Of a stretch of 64,000 nucleotides of DNA, positions 46,801 to 54,817 are shown piece by piece. Numbering within the stretch: the first letter of the stretch is position 1; every line of letters starts with the position of its first letter. The DNA comes from Eubacteriales bacterium. GTDB taxonomy: Bacteria > Bacillota > Clostridia > Oscillospirales > CAG-272. A program made the position numbers and the translations under genes. The stretch lies in assembly GCA_045646945.1 (NCBI GenBank), contig JAZRLS010000055.1, positions 6,486-70,485 of the forward strand, in the 5' to 3' direction. The notes under the pieces were generated by a model that searched no databases, was not told the origin of the DNA, and saw nothing but the letters and a program-made list of their open reading frames with translations.

Positions 46801-46971
46801 GACCACGTCTTTGTATCGAGCAACCTCGCAACGGTAGAACAGCTTCGAGTCATCTCGAACAGATCGGGCGTTTCCAGAGCAACTGACCACCCGAGCGTCT
46901 TTGCGGACATTCGTTTGGAGTTGCCTTCGAATTTCGGTTCGTCGGCAGATTGGAACGACGGTAAAAAGTAA
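43870..46971 (+). CDS. Secreted multidomain protein: GLUG-like beta-helical repeats, beta-sandwich and C-terminal endonuclease/exonuclease/phosphatase (EEP) domain (paralog 1)
   Basis: Signal peptide MKHFGKKLLSLGLVAIMLASMLPMGIFSASA. Recurrent GGVIG / GGVVG / GGVLG repeats. EEP motifs SSNIL, GLQEV, VNIHGH, ITGDYN, LDHVFVS and TDHPSV. Confidence 0.75.
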   Translation: MKHFGKKLLSLGLVAIMLASMLPMGIFSASALGSMDYSQSEFIINGPEDWEAISDFDEDFADKTIVLNCDIENSDFSTLLSTFAGTFDGRGHTISGVDATDALIAKQTTAGAVIKDLTVEGKLSGTADSGVGMLVGSHDGTGSLTISNVTVNATVDTSAKHIGGVIGVLRLEDGQTATLENLNVNVTVTNGKTVDTNVMSGTGGVIGIYEPIGKPTLNVKNVNLSGSVSAKASVGGVIGAIFSTKTLGSTNPYNNDGSWENALYTYTCNECRITYEPYTASEFKDIGGKIVEDKETKIKTYTAPCGHNCICEAYKGDSYAGNDNSYIQYISAKELYTGGTVTIANCASTMNVSTDIATELIGAGGVVGTFGGFTRYFGDNFAFDGELNINNCAIGGTIENTSGATHPSSVGGVLGAMSYSHATVNVEHCLVTATFSNSLTGANGEGAGLIMGTSGCQTMSALNINNTVTTAEDFALIGSIIAKVGGGNRMTGAWLVLNDKNLLSSVPMIYNFLDEDKAYYMYGTYPWTYSASVTDSSVVTVTAEKAEDMINSENGFIKRIGGQVAGFGIQNSVVQENQYAIRFIATALVDDMRSAKMTVVVRNASTGKALKRFEKECKIYDALSTYVNGVKMESKMATEFGAKKFLALTIGEIPAGTAYTFDFTPSYVNASGLTVTGETVSVQYNANNQYDATKNSFDVNPLITAPTVRIISSNILTEDPRWYNEDNTHNGTGETYDETMDKGYNDTTIYKDGKNYHRYFRDDQVGENLGRINKKYGTGWDGEKRLAEMANMYKAYQPDFIGLQEVNGSPTIHNDTTYYFKDHTTMQSVLLDAMGADYKYVVFDGVSNGISPFNPIMYNATKWEVIDQKIATDSTKVDGMHRWQWARFKSIQNPDYEVIVVNIHGHISSCEITYEKFFKDLNRELKELEEKNVPIMITGDYNLKSTNTYLTQTLIEGTQMKNSIHMASNVDGAWTDLDHVFVSSNLATVEQLRVISNRSGVSRATDHPSVFADIRLELPSNFGSSADWNDGKK

Positions 46972-46976
46972 AAAAC

Positions 46977-47015
46977 ACAACGGCAGTCTGTTTTGGCAGA
47001 CTGCCGTTGTTTTGT
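46977..47015 (+). terminator. Intrinsic terminator after paralog 1
   Basis: ACAACGGCAGTCTG, loop TTTTGG, CAGACTGCCGTTGT, then TTTGT. Confidence 0.8.
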
Positions 47016-47084
47016 GCGCCGAACGTTCCTCCCAAAAGGGTAATTTCCACCAAAAAAAAGACGTCGTTTTGTGGAAAAAGGATA

Positions 47085-47113
47085 TTGACAATTGGTTTTT
47101 TATTTGTTATACT
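47085..47113 (+). promoter_or_regulatory. Sigma-A-type promoter for secreted paralog 2
   Basis: TTGACA, 17 nt spacer, TATACT with an extended TGt. Confidence 0.6.
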
Positions 47114-47192
47114 AAAATAGTCTATTTATAAGGTGCATTTTTGTGCAATTTATAAAAAATATGATCGAATTTTTTGAAAGGAAGATATTTCT

Positions 47193-49973
47193 ATGAAACA
47201 TTGGACTCAAAAAGCGCTGTCGCTTGCTTTGGTTGTAGTCATGCTCGTAGCAATGATCCCCTTCGCTGTCTTTACGACGAGCGGATTGGATTATTCGAAG
47301 AGTGAATTTGAGATTGCAAACTTGAATGACTGGAACGATATCGCAAGCTATGCTGCGGCAAATGCCAACGCAAGATTTGCAGGCAAGACCATTAAGCTTA
47401 CACAGAGCATTGACTTTGATGGAGCTACCATTCCTACCCTCTTCTCGCAAAATTTTGAGGGTACGTTTGATGGTCAAGACAATACCATCAGCAATTTCAA
47501 GACCACGACGGGTGCCGTTATCGCTAACGTGACGAACACGGGCGCGGTGATTAAAGACGTCACCATCGACGGTGAAATTGTATATAATACCTACGCCGCT
47601 GACGGAGTGACCAGAGGTTGGCAGGTGTTTGCCGGTATAGTGATTAACCGTATGGACGCGGGAACGGTGACCAACGTTACGTTAAAGGGTAGTATCAACT
47701 CGAACGCCTACAACGTTGGAGGTGTTGCCGGTGTTATTTCATTCCAAGACGGTCTTGGTATTACGTTGGAGAATATCAACGTGTCGGCGGCAGTACATAA
47801 CGCTCGTCCCTACCCGCCTACGGTCGGCTGGCATACGGCAGGAGGTGTTGTCGGTAACGTAGACCCCAAGAATAACTCGCAGCTTTTGATCAAGAACGTC
47901 AATATGTCGGGTACTGTTATTAGAGATGACGGTCCTGCCGGCGGTATCGTCGGTTCGATTTTTACTCGTGGTGATGCTGCGAGAGATCTCTATGAGAGCG
48001 GAACGATCAATATTGAAAACTGCCAGATGTCGGGTACGGTAACTTCTGCTACGGGCAGAGCAGGTAACGGTGCCGGAGGCATTGTCGGTACGTTTGGTAC
48101 CTTTAAGAAAGAATCGGGCGATTATGATGCCTTCAATGGGGAACTGAATATCAACAACTGTGTGATCGACGGAACGGTACAAAACACCAATACGACCTCG
48201 CAAGATCCTCTGGCGGTTGGTGGTGTCATTGGAACGATGGGATACTCCCACGCAACTGTCAACGTGGAGCACTGTTTGGTAAGCGCGAACTTCCCCAAGC
48301 AGTCTGTTACTCAAACGAACGGCAAGGGTGCGGGTGTAATTCTTGGTGCAGGTATGTGTCAGCTGTCGTCGAATCTAAACGTCAACAATAGTGTGACGAC
48401 GATGGCAAACGCGAATGTGATCGGACACGTTATTAGATCGGAAGATAGAAGCAAGGCACTGCTTGTGCTCAACGGAAGCAATCTGAATGCTACCGAATTA
48501 CCGAATGTATTTCCCGACGGTGTTTGGTTCTACACCAACGCCATCAACGACGGTTCGGTACTGACCGTATCGGAAGATGCGGCAGATGCGATGGTCATCA
48601 AGCAAGACGGCTTTATCCAGCGCGTTGGCGGACAGATTACCGCCTGGGGTGTGCAGGATAACGTCGCAAACGACGCGGTTTTGACGGCAAAAGATCAATA
48701 CGCGATTCGCTTTATCGGTGTTTCTCACGTTGCGGACGTTGCTTCTGCCAAGATGACCGTGGTCGTTCGCGATTCTTACACGGGTAAGGCATTCAAGAAG
48801 TATGAAAAGGCTTGCTCGCTGTATGACGCGCTCAGCGTTTACGATGTGAATGGCAAGGTCCTCGAGCGCAAGGAATCCAACGAGTTCGGTGCCGAGAAGT
48901 TCCTCGCGCTTACCATCGGTGAGATTCCCGGTGGCGAGACCTACGTCTTTGACTTTACGCCTTCGTATACCACGGCATCGGGACTGACGATGACGGCAGA
49001 AACCGTTTCGGTTACCTATGATGCCAACGGTCAGTACGTCAAGGAAAAAGAATCCTTCGACGCAAAGAAGCTCGTTCTCTCTCCCACGGTTCGTGTGATG
49101 TCGAGCAATATTCTCGTTGTAGACAAGGTATCCACCAACTATGATGGCTATTTGACTGACCATGAAGCAAGACTGAAAAATATGGCGAATCTTTATAACG
49201 TTTATCAGCCTGATTTTATTGGTTTGCAAGAGGTTGCCGATTCTACGAAGGTGAACGGTGTGGATTGCTTCGACGGTGTCAAGACGATGCAGTCGGTGCT
49301 GAAATCCTATATGCCTGCTTACGAATACGTTGATTTCTCGGCGAAGTTGAATGGAAGCTCTCACTTTACGCCAATTATGTACAACTCCAATCAGTGGGCG
49401 GTTGTGGAAAGTGATATTATGACAGAGAGCGTTTGTTCGGCTGCTTGTACGATGCACCGTTGGCAGTGGGCAAGATTTGAAAATATTGCTAATCCCCAGT
49501 ATCAGGTGATTGTGATGAACATTCATTCTCCGCATAGTAGCGAGAAAGAAACGGGACAGGTGCATTTGAAGTCGAGAATTCCTTTCTATACGGCAGTAAA
49601 TGCTGAGATCAAAGAACTCGAAGCAGCATATCCGGACCTTCCGATTATGATTACGGGTGACTATAATGCGGATCCCACCAAAGACGAAAGGGATTACAAG
49701 GCAGTTTTCGAAGCTCTTACGAACGGTACGACACTTGCCGATACCAATGATTTGACTACGAATAATGAACAGAGAAACATTGACAATATCTTTATGACCT
49801 CGGGTGATGCTACCGTTACGCAGACTCGTGTGGTGTACACCTTGAATGGTACTACGGGAGTCATGGTTTCTTCCGACCACCGTCCTACCTTTACGGATAT
49901 TCAACTCAAGAGTATTTACGTACCTACGCCCGGTTCCTCGATGGGATGGGGTGAAGGTGATCCGATCGGTTAG
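47193..49973 (+). CDS. Secreted GLUG-like beta-helix / EEP-domain protein (paralog 2)
   Basis: Signal peptide MKHWTQKALSLALVVVMLVAMIPFAVFTTSG. Same domain order and shared blocks as paralog 1 (YSHATVNVEHCLV, QYAIRFI...SAKMTVVVR, QPDFIGLQEV, HRWQWARF, SDHRP). Ends with TAG. Confidence 0.75.
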   Translation: MKHWTQKALSLALVVVMLVAMIPFAVFTTSGLDYSKSEFEIANLNDWNDIASYAAANANARFAGKTIKLTQSIDFDGATIPTLFSQNFEGTFDGQDNTISNFKTTTGAVIANVTNTGAVIKDVTIDGEIVYNTYAADGVTRGWQVFAGIVINRMDAGTVTNVTLKGSINSNAYNVGGVAGVISFQDGLGITLENINVSAAVHNARPYPPTVGWHTAGGVVGNVDPKNNSQLLIKNVNMSGTVIRDDGPAGGIVGSIFTRGDAARDLYESGTINIENCQMSGTVTSATGRAGNGAGGIVGTFGTFKKESGDYDAFNGELNINNCVIDGTVQNTNTTSQDPLAVGGVIGTMGYSHATVNVEHCLVSANFPKQSVTQTNGKGAGVILGAGMCQLSSNLNVNNSVTTMANANVIGHVIRSEDRSKALLVLNGSNLNATELPNVFPDGVWFYTNAINDGSVLTVSEDAADAMVIKQDGFIQRVGGQITAWGVQDNVANDAVLTAKDQYAIRFIGVSHVADVASAKMTVVVRDSYTGKAFKKYEKACSLYDALSVYDVNGKVLERKESNEFGAEKFLALTIGEIPGGETYVFDFTPSYTTASGLTMTAETVSVTYDANGQYVKEKESFDAKKLVLSPTVRVMSSNILVVDKVSTNYDGYLTDHEARLKNMANLYNVYQPDFIGLQEVADSTKVNGVDCFDGVKTMQSVLKSYMPAYEYVDFSAKLNGSSHFTPIMYNSNQWAVVESDIMTESVCSAACTMHRWQWARFENIANPQYQVIVMNIHSPHSSEKETGQVHLKSRIPFYTAVNAEIKELEAAYPDLPIMITGDYNADPTKDERDYKAVFEALTNGTTLADTNDLTTNNEQRNIDNIFMTSGDATVTQTRVVYTLNGTTGVMVSSDHRPTFTDIQLKSIYVPTPGSSMGWGEGDPIG

Positions 49974-50942
49974 ATGTCGGACGCAGCTAAGGGCGCCAAA
50001 ATCCTTGGAGTCAGACATCTTTCCGACAGTCAGGTTGTCTATACCGACTGGACCTGCTCGGGAATTGAATTTATCGCAGAAATTACCGAACTCTCCGATA
50101 TTACCGTGACGGCAAGCTCGACCGCGCCTTGCTATTTCAAGGCATACGTTGACAGTGCACTCTGGAAAAACGGAAGCTCGGATTACTACACGGTGAACGG
50201 AGAAAGCACGATCGTGCTGGAAAATGTTCCCGTGGGAACGCATACCGTTCGACTGGTCAAAGCAACGGGATATACACTCGCGCAGGCAGAGCTTCGCAAG
50301 ATTGAGGTCTGCGGAAGCATCCGCGCGACGGCTGACAAGGAACTCTATATTGAGTTCCTTGGCGACAGCATCTCCTGCGGTTGGGGTGTTGTCGGTACGC
50401 ACGACGGCGGTTATGCTTCGCAGGACGGTACTCTTGCGTATCCCTACCTTGTGGCAGAAGCACTGAATGCCGACTACTCGATTATGGGGTTGTCGGGACG
50501 CGGAGTGATTCACGGAACCGATCTCAATTTTGATAAGGACTATCTTAAAGCAAGTCCTAGCCGTTCGGATGCCGAATATGGCTTTGGTCGCAAGGCGGAC
50601 GTTGTTGTGATTAACCTCGGTACGAATGACCGCGGAAATCATGCCGATACGGCGGCATTTGAGGCAGCGTATGAAACGATGCTCGAGCGTATCTTTGCCA
50701 AGAACGGCGACGATTGCATCGTGTATTGCCTCTGGGGTGCGATGAACGATACGTATAACACGCAGATTCAGAATGCCATCGCAAGCTACAAGGCAACGCA
50801 TTCGACGGCGCAGATCTATACGTTGGAGCTTCCCGCTTCGACGGTGGCAGGCGGTGCACCTTCGTGGGGACATCCCTCGATCGAAGATCACGCAGGCTAT
50901 ACGACACTGCTGACGAATGCGCTCCGAACCGTAATTTCTTAA
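49974..50942 (+). CDS. SGNH/GDSL hydrolase with an N-terminal beta-sandwich (carbohydrate esterase family 2-like)
   Basis: GDSIS block I, GxND (NLGTNDR) and C-terminal GHPSIEDH. The N-terminal WTCSGIEF jelly-roll-like region is as in CE2 esterases. No signal peptide. The ATG directly abuts the upstream TAG. Confidence 0.75.
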   Translation: MSDAAKGAKILGVRHLSDSQVVYTDWTCSGIEFIAEITELSDITVTASSTAPCYFKAYVDSALWKNGSSDYYTVNGESTIVLENVPVGTHTVRLVKATGYTLAQAELRKIEVCGSIRATADKELYIEFLGDSISCGWGVVGTHDGGYASQDGTLAYPYLVAEALNADYSIMGLSGRGVIHGTDLNFDKDYLKASPSRSDAEYGFGRKADVVVINLGTNDRGNHADTAAFEAAYETMLERIFAKNGDDCIVYCLWGAMNDTYNTQIQNAIASYKATHSTAQIYTLELPASTVAGGAPSWGHPSIEDHAGYTTLLTNALRTVIS

Positions 50943-50954
50943 TTCAAACCATCA

Positions 50955-50990
50955 AACCCTCGTGCTTGGTCACGAGGGTTTTTTCTTTTT
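50955..50990 (+). terminator. Intrinsic terminator after the esterase gene
   Basis: AACCCTCGTG, loop CTTGGT, CACGAGGGTT, then TTTTCTTTTTT. Confidence 0.85.
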
Positions 50991-51007
50991 TAAATTTTAA
51001 AAAACTC

Positions 51008-51036
51008 TTGACATCTCTGCATAAATCGTGTATAAT
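51008..51036 (+). promoter_or_regulatory. Consensus sigma-A promoter for the hemolysin-III family gene
   Basis: TTGACA, 17 nt spacer, TATAAT. Confidence 0.65.
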
Positions 51037-51081
51037 AACCATACAATATAGTTATCAATACCACATCGCAAGGAGATAGAA

Positions 51082-51768
51082 ATGTCGAAAAAGAGAATTT
51101 GTTTAAGAGATCGCATCCTGCCCGACTATACCAAAGGAGAAGAGATTTTTAATATGGTCACGCACATCGTCGGCGGTGCGGTCGGAATCGCTACGCTGGT
51201 GCTTTGTGTGGTGATCTCGGCAATCCGAGGAAGCCTTTCGGGCGTGCTTTGCGGCACGGTGTTTGGCGCGTCGATGATTATTCTCTATACCATGTCGAGC
51301 GTCTATCACGGACTTCATGTCAATATGGCAAAAAAAGTGTTTCAGATCATCGATCACTGCACCATCTATTTTCTCATCGCGGGCACCTATACGCCGATTC
51401 TGATTTGCGGAATGGCACCCATCAACCCATGGGCGGGTTGGGTGACCTTTGGCGTTCTGTGGGGGCTGACCGCACTGGCTGTGACGCTTACGGCAATTGA
51501 CCTTTCCAAATATAAGGTGTTCAGTATGATCTGCTATATCGCGATGGGATGGTCGGTCATCTTCAGTCTAAAGGTTGCCATCGAGGCACTCAGCTTTGGA
51601 GGATTTGCACTGGTGCTCGGCGGCGGACTCTTCTATACGGGCGGCGTGATCTTTTATAAGTACGGAAAGAGTAAGCGATATTTTCATTCGATCTTTCATA
51701 TTATGACCCTGCTCGGAAGTATCTGCCATTCGATCGGAGTGATTCTCTATATTATCTGTAGGGTATAA
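51082..51768 (+). CDS. Hemolysin III / PAQR-family membrane protein
   Basis: 7-TM protein with NMVTHIVG, SSVYHG, IDHCTIYFLIAGTYTP and HSIFHI motifs. Confidence 0.85.
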   Translation: MSKKRICLRDRILPDYTKGEEIFNMVTHIVGGAVGIATLVLCVVISAIRGSLSGVLCGTVFGASMIILYTMSSVYHGLHVNMAKKVFQIIDHCTIYFLIAGTYTPILICGMAPINPWAGWVTFGVLWGLTALAVTLTAIDLSKYKVFSMICYIAMGWSVIFSLKVAIEALSFGGFALVLGGGLFYTGGVIFYKYGKSKRYFHSIFHIMTLLGSICHSIGVILYIICRV

Positions 51769-51800
51769 AAAAGAAACGGATTTCGGTCCGTTTCTTTTTT
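51769..51800. terminator. Bidirectional intrinsic terminator
   Basis: AAAAGAAACGGA, loop TTTCGG, TCCGTTTCTTTT, then TT. Sits between convergent genes. Confidence 0.85.
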
Positions 51801-51802
51801 GA

Positions 51803-52840
51803 TTATACAAGATCTGCAAGCTCGAAAATCAAACGCTCGGTTTTGTCCCAGCCAAGGCAGGGGTCGGTGATCGATTTTCCGTAAACGTGATCTCCGATCT
51901 TCTGTGCGCCATCCTCGAGATAGCTCTCGATCATAAAGCCCTTGACGTAGCTTCGAATTTCTGCCGAGTGACGGCAAGAGTGAAGAACCTCTTTGCAGAT
52001 TCTCGGTTGTTCGGCATATTTTTTGCCTGAATTTGCGTGGTTGGCGTCAATGATAACTGCCATATTTTGGAGATTCCGAGCGGAGTATTCGTGATAAAGA
52101 TGGGCAAGATCCTCAAAATGATAATTGGGGAGCGATTCGCCGTGCTGATTGACCAAACCGCGCAAAATTGCGTGAGCGAGGGGATTTCCCGTCGAAACGC
52201 ATTCCCAACCGCGGTAGAGAAAGGTGTGCGAGTGCTGTGCCGCAGTGATCGAATTGAGCATGACCGAAAGATCTCCGCCCGTGGGATTTTTCATACCGAC
52301 GGGAATGTCCATTCCGCTGGCAGTCAGGCGGTGCTGCTGATTTTCGACCGAACGAGCACCGACGGCAACGTAGGAGAGCAGATCGGAAAGATAGCGGTAG
52401 TTTTCGGGATAGAGCATTTCGTCCGCGCAAAAAAGTCCTGTTTCTTCAATTGCACGAGTGTGCAGACGGCGGATCGCGATGATTCCCTCCAGCATATCTT
52501 CAGCGGCTTCGGGATTGGGCTGGTGTACCATTCCCTTATAGCCGTCTCCTGTCGTACGTGGCTTGTTCGTGTAAATGCGGGGGATGATCAGAAGCTTGTC
52601 GGAAACCTTTTCCTGTACCTTGGCAAGCCGCGTGATATACTCAAGCACCGCGTCCTCACGGTCGGCAGAGCAGGGGCCGATGATCAAAATCATACGGTCG
52701 TCCGTGCCGCGAAAAACGTCAGCAATTTCACGGTCACGGAGAATCTTTTTTTCGGCATATTCGGCTTTCAGCGGATACTGTGCTTTCACGTCCATCGGGA
52801 TCGGGAGCTTGCGAATAAATTTCATATTGTGTTGCATCAT
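51803..52840 (-). CDS. 3-deoxy-7-phosphoheptulonate (DAHP) synthase, class I
   Basis: IIGPCS, RIYTNKPRTT, GARSVENQ and IDANHANS motifs. The ATG at 52840 follows AAGGAAGG. Confidence 0.9.
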   Translation of the reverse strand: MMQHNMKFIRKLPIPMDVKAQYPLKAEYAEKKILRDREIADVFRGTDDRMILIIGPCSADREDAVLEYITRLAKVQEKVSDKLLIIPRIYTNKPRTTGDGYKGMVHQPNPEAAEDMLEGIIAIRRLHTRAIEETGLFCADEMLYPENYRYLSDLLSYVAVGARSVENQQHRLTASGMDIPVGMKNPTGGDLSVMLNSITAAQHSHTFLYRGWECVSTGNPLAHAILRGLVNQHGESLPNYHFEDLAHLYHEYSARNLQNMAVIIDANHANSGKKYAEQPRICKEVLHSCRHSAEIRSYVKGFMIESYLEDGAQKIGDHVYGKSITDPCLGWDKTERLIFELADLV

Positions 52841-52967
52841 CAATACCTTCCTTGGTAGATTACTCCTATTATACACCCAAAAAAGAGTGTTGTCGAGCTT
52901 TTTTTGCAAAAAAAGTCGGTTTTGAAAAATAAATTTTTTCAAAGAACCCTTTTCTCCCTGAAAATGA

Positions 52968-52996
52968 TTGACGGGCATACGATTTTTTGATATAAT
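52968..52996 (+). promoter_or_regulatory. Sigma-A-type promoter for the flavin reductase-proA-yfcE operon
   Basis: TTGACG, 17 nt spacer, TATAAT with an extended TGa. Confidence 0.6.
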
Positions 52997-53038
52997 ATAT
53001 GGTAGAAAATGTCAAGAAAAGAAGATAAGGAGATTGCG

Positions 53039-53560
53039 ATGGAACGCTATGGTTTTCGGGAGATTTCTCCCCTGATGCTTGAAAATGCAATGCAGAAAAT
53101 CGGAAAGGAATGGATGTTGATTACGGCGCAGGATGAAACCAATCAACGCGCCAATGCGATGACTGCCAGTTGGGGTGCACTCGGCGTTCTCTGGGGCAAA
53201 AATATCTGTACCTGCTTTATCCGTCCGCAACGGCACACCTACGGATTGATGGAGGAAAACGGTCGTTGCTCGATCGCGTTTCTCTCCGAGGATTACCGAA
53301 GCGCGCTTCGTCTCTGCGGAAGCAAGAGCGGACGCGATATCGATAAGCTTTTCGAGGCAGGACTGCACACGGTCAAGTGTGAGGGTGTTCCTGTGATCAA
53401 AGAGGCGAATAGCGTGCTTCTTTGCCGAAAGCTCTATGCCGATGATTTGAAAAAGGCGTGCTTTATTGACAAGGAATTGCTTTCCCATTATGCGGCGGAG
53501 GATTATCATCGAATGTACGTTTTGGAAATTGAAAAAGTTTACCGAAAAGAAACGGAGTAA
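53039..53560 (+). CDS. Flavin reductase-like (FMN-binding split-barrel) protein
   Basis: GKEWMLITAQDETNQRANAMTASWG is typical of this family. The ATG at 53039 follows AAGGAG. Confidence 0.75.
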   Translation: MERYGFREISPLMLENAMQKIGKEWMLITAQDETNQRANAMTASWGALGVLWGKNICTCFIRPQRHTYGLMEENGRCSIAFLSEDYRSALRLCGSKSGRDIDKLFEAGLHTVKCEGVPVIKEANSVLLCRKLYADDLKKACFIDKELLSHYAAEDYHRMYVLEIEKVYRKETE

Positions 53561-53566
53561 ATAACA

Positions 53567-54817
53567 ATGGATTTGCGCGAAGAAATTGAAATGCTATGCC
53601 AAAACGCGAAGATTGCCGCGGCGAAGATGGCACTTACTACGACGGAGCAAAAAAACGCACTGCTTGCTCGGATTGCCGAGTATTTGGCAGAGGAAACCGA
53701 TGCTTTGGTAGCAGCGAATCAAGAAGATTTGGAGCACGCAGAGGAAAACGGTGTTTCCAAAGCAATGATTGACCGATTGACGCTGACTCCCACTCGGATT
53801 TTGGGGATTTGTCAGGCACTTCTGAGTCTGACCGAGCTCGAAGATCCCATTGGCAAGGGAGAGACGTGGACGCGGCCTTCGGGACTGACAATTTCCCGTG
53901 TTCGTGTTCCGCTCGGTGTGGTCGCAATGATTTATGAGGCAAGACCGAACGTTACGGTGGATTCTGCCGCTCTTTGCCTGAAAACGGGAAACGCAGTGAT
54001 ACTGCGCGGTGGAAAAGAGGCGATCCATACGAATATGGCAATCGTTGCGGTCATCAAAAAAGCGCTTGATGATTGCGGCTTGGATCCTCACGCGGTGGAG
54101 CTTGTCGAATCGACCGAACGGGAAAGTGCACAAATCTTAATGACGATGCGTGGCTGGGTCGACGTGCTCATTCCCCGCGGTGGCAAGGGACTGATTCGAA
54201 GCGTGGTCGAGAACGCAACCGTGCCCGTGATTGAAACGGGCGAAGGAAATTGTCACTTGTACGTGGATGACAGTGCCGACATTGCGATGGCACTTTCGAT
54301 TGCAGTGAATGCAAAATGCTCACGTCCGTCGGTTTGTAACGCGGTTGAAACGATTCTCGTACACGCAGGTATTGCGGCAGAGTTTTTGCCAAAGCTTGCC
54401 GAAGGGCTGGCAGCATTTGACGTCGAGATTCGTGGCTGTCCGCGTACAAAAGTGCTGATTTCGATGGCAAACGAGGCGACCGAAGAGGATTACGTGACCG
54501 AGTATAACGACTATATCGTGGCGATCAAGGTGGTCGATACGCTTTCGGATGCGATTACGCATATCAACAAATACAGCACGGGACACAGTGAGGCGATCGT
54601 AACGACAAACGAAGCACATGCCGAGCGTTTTCTCAACGAGATTAATTCGGCGGCGGTGTACGTGAACGCTTCCACAAGGTTTACCGACGGTGGCGAGTTT
54701 GGATTTGGCGCGGAGATCGGGATTTCCACGCAAAAGCTGCACGTCCGCGGACCGATGGGACTCTCGGCGCTGACGACCGAAAAATATCTTGTTCGTGGAG
54801 AGGGGACAATTCGATGA
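53567..54817 (+). CDS. proA: Glutamate-5-semialdehyde dehydrogenase (gamma-glutamyl phosphate reductase)
   Basis: VIYEARPNVT, ILRGGKEA, catalytic Cys context RPSVCNAVETIL, and HSEAIVT. Confidence 0.93.
   Translation: MDLREEIEMLCQNAKIAAAKMALTTTEQKNALLARIAEYLAEETDALVAANQEDLEHAEENGVSKAMIDRLTLTPTRILGICQALLSLTELEDPIGKGETWTRPSGLTISRVRVPLGVVAMIYEARPNVTVDSAALCLKTGNAVILRGGKEAIHTNMAIVAVIKKALDDCGLDPHAVELVESTERESAQILMTMRGWVDVLIPRGGKGLIRSVVENATVPVIETGEGNCHLYVDDSADIAMALSIAVNAKCSRPSVCNAVETILVHAGIAAEFLPKLAEGLAAFDVEIRGCPRTKVLISMANEATEEDYVTEYNDYIVAIKVVDTLSDAITHINKYSTGHSEAIVTTNEAHAERFLNEINSAAVYVNASTRFTDGGEFGFGAEIGISTQKLHVRGPMGLSALTTEKYLVRGEGTIR

Noticed and set aside
49971-49973. The in-frame TAG as a recoded codon (pyrrolysine or amber reassignment).
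   Set aside because: TAG is used as an ordinary stop for cinA (7899-7901) and yqfD (13226-13228). No pyl genes are in the window, and the protein tail aligns with the natural C-terminus of paralog 1.
48498-50891. 797-aa ORF on the minus strand spanning paralog 2 and the esterase. Similar long antisense ORFs occur at 4110-5327, 12911-14311, 17725-18972, 20450-21646, 25105-26340, 28191-29168, 32473-33939 and 45184-46338.
   Set aside because: All lie exactly antisense to strongly supported genes and have Arg/Cys/His-rich, low-complexity-like translations with no recognisable motifs. They are the expected shadow frames when sense codons TTA, CTA and TCA are rare.
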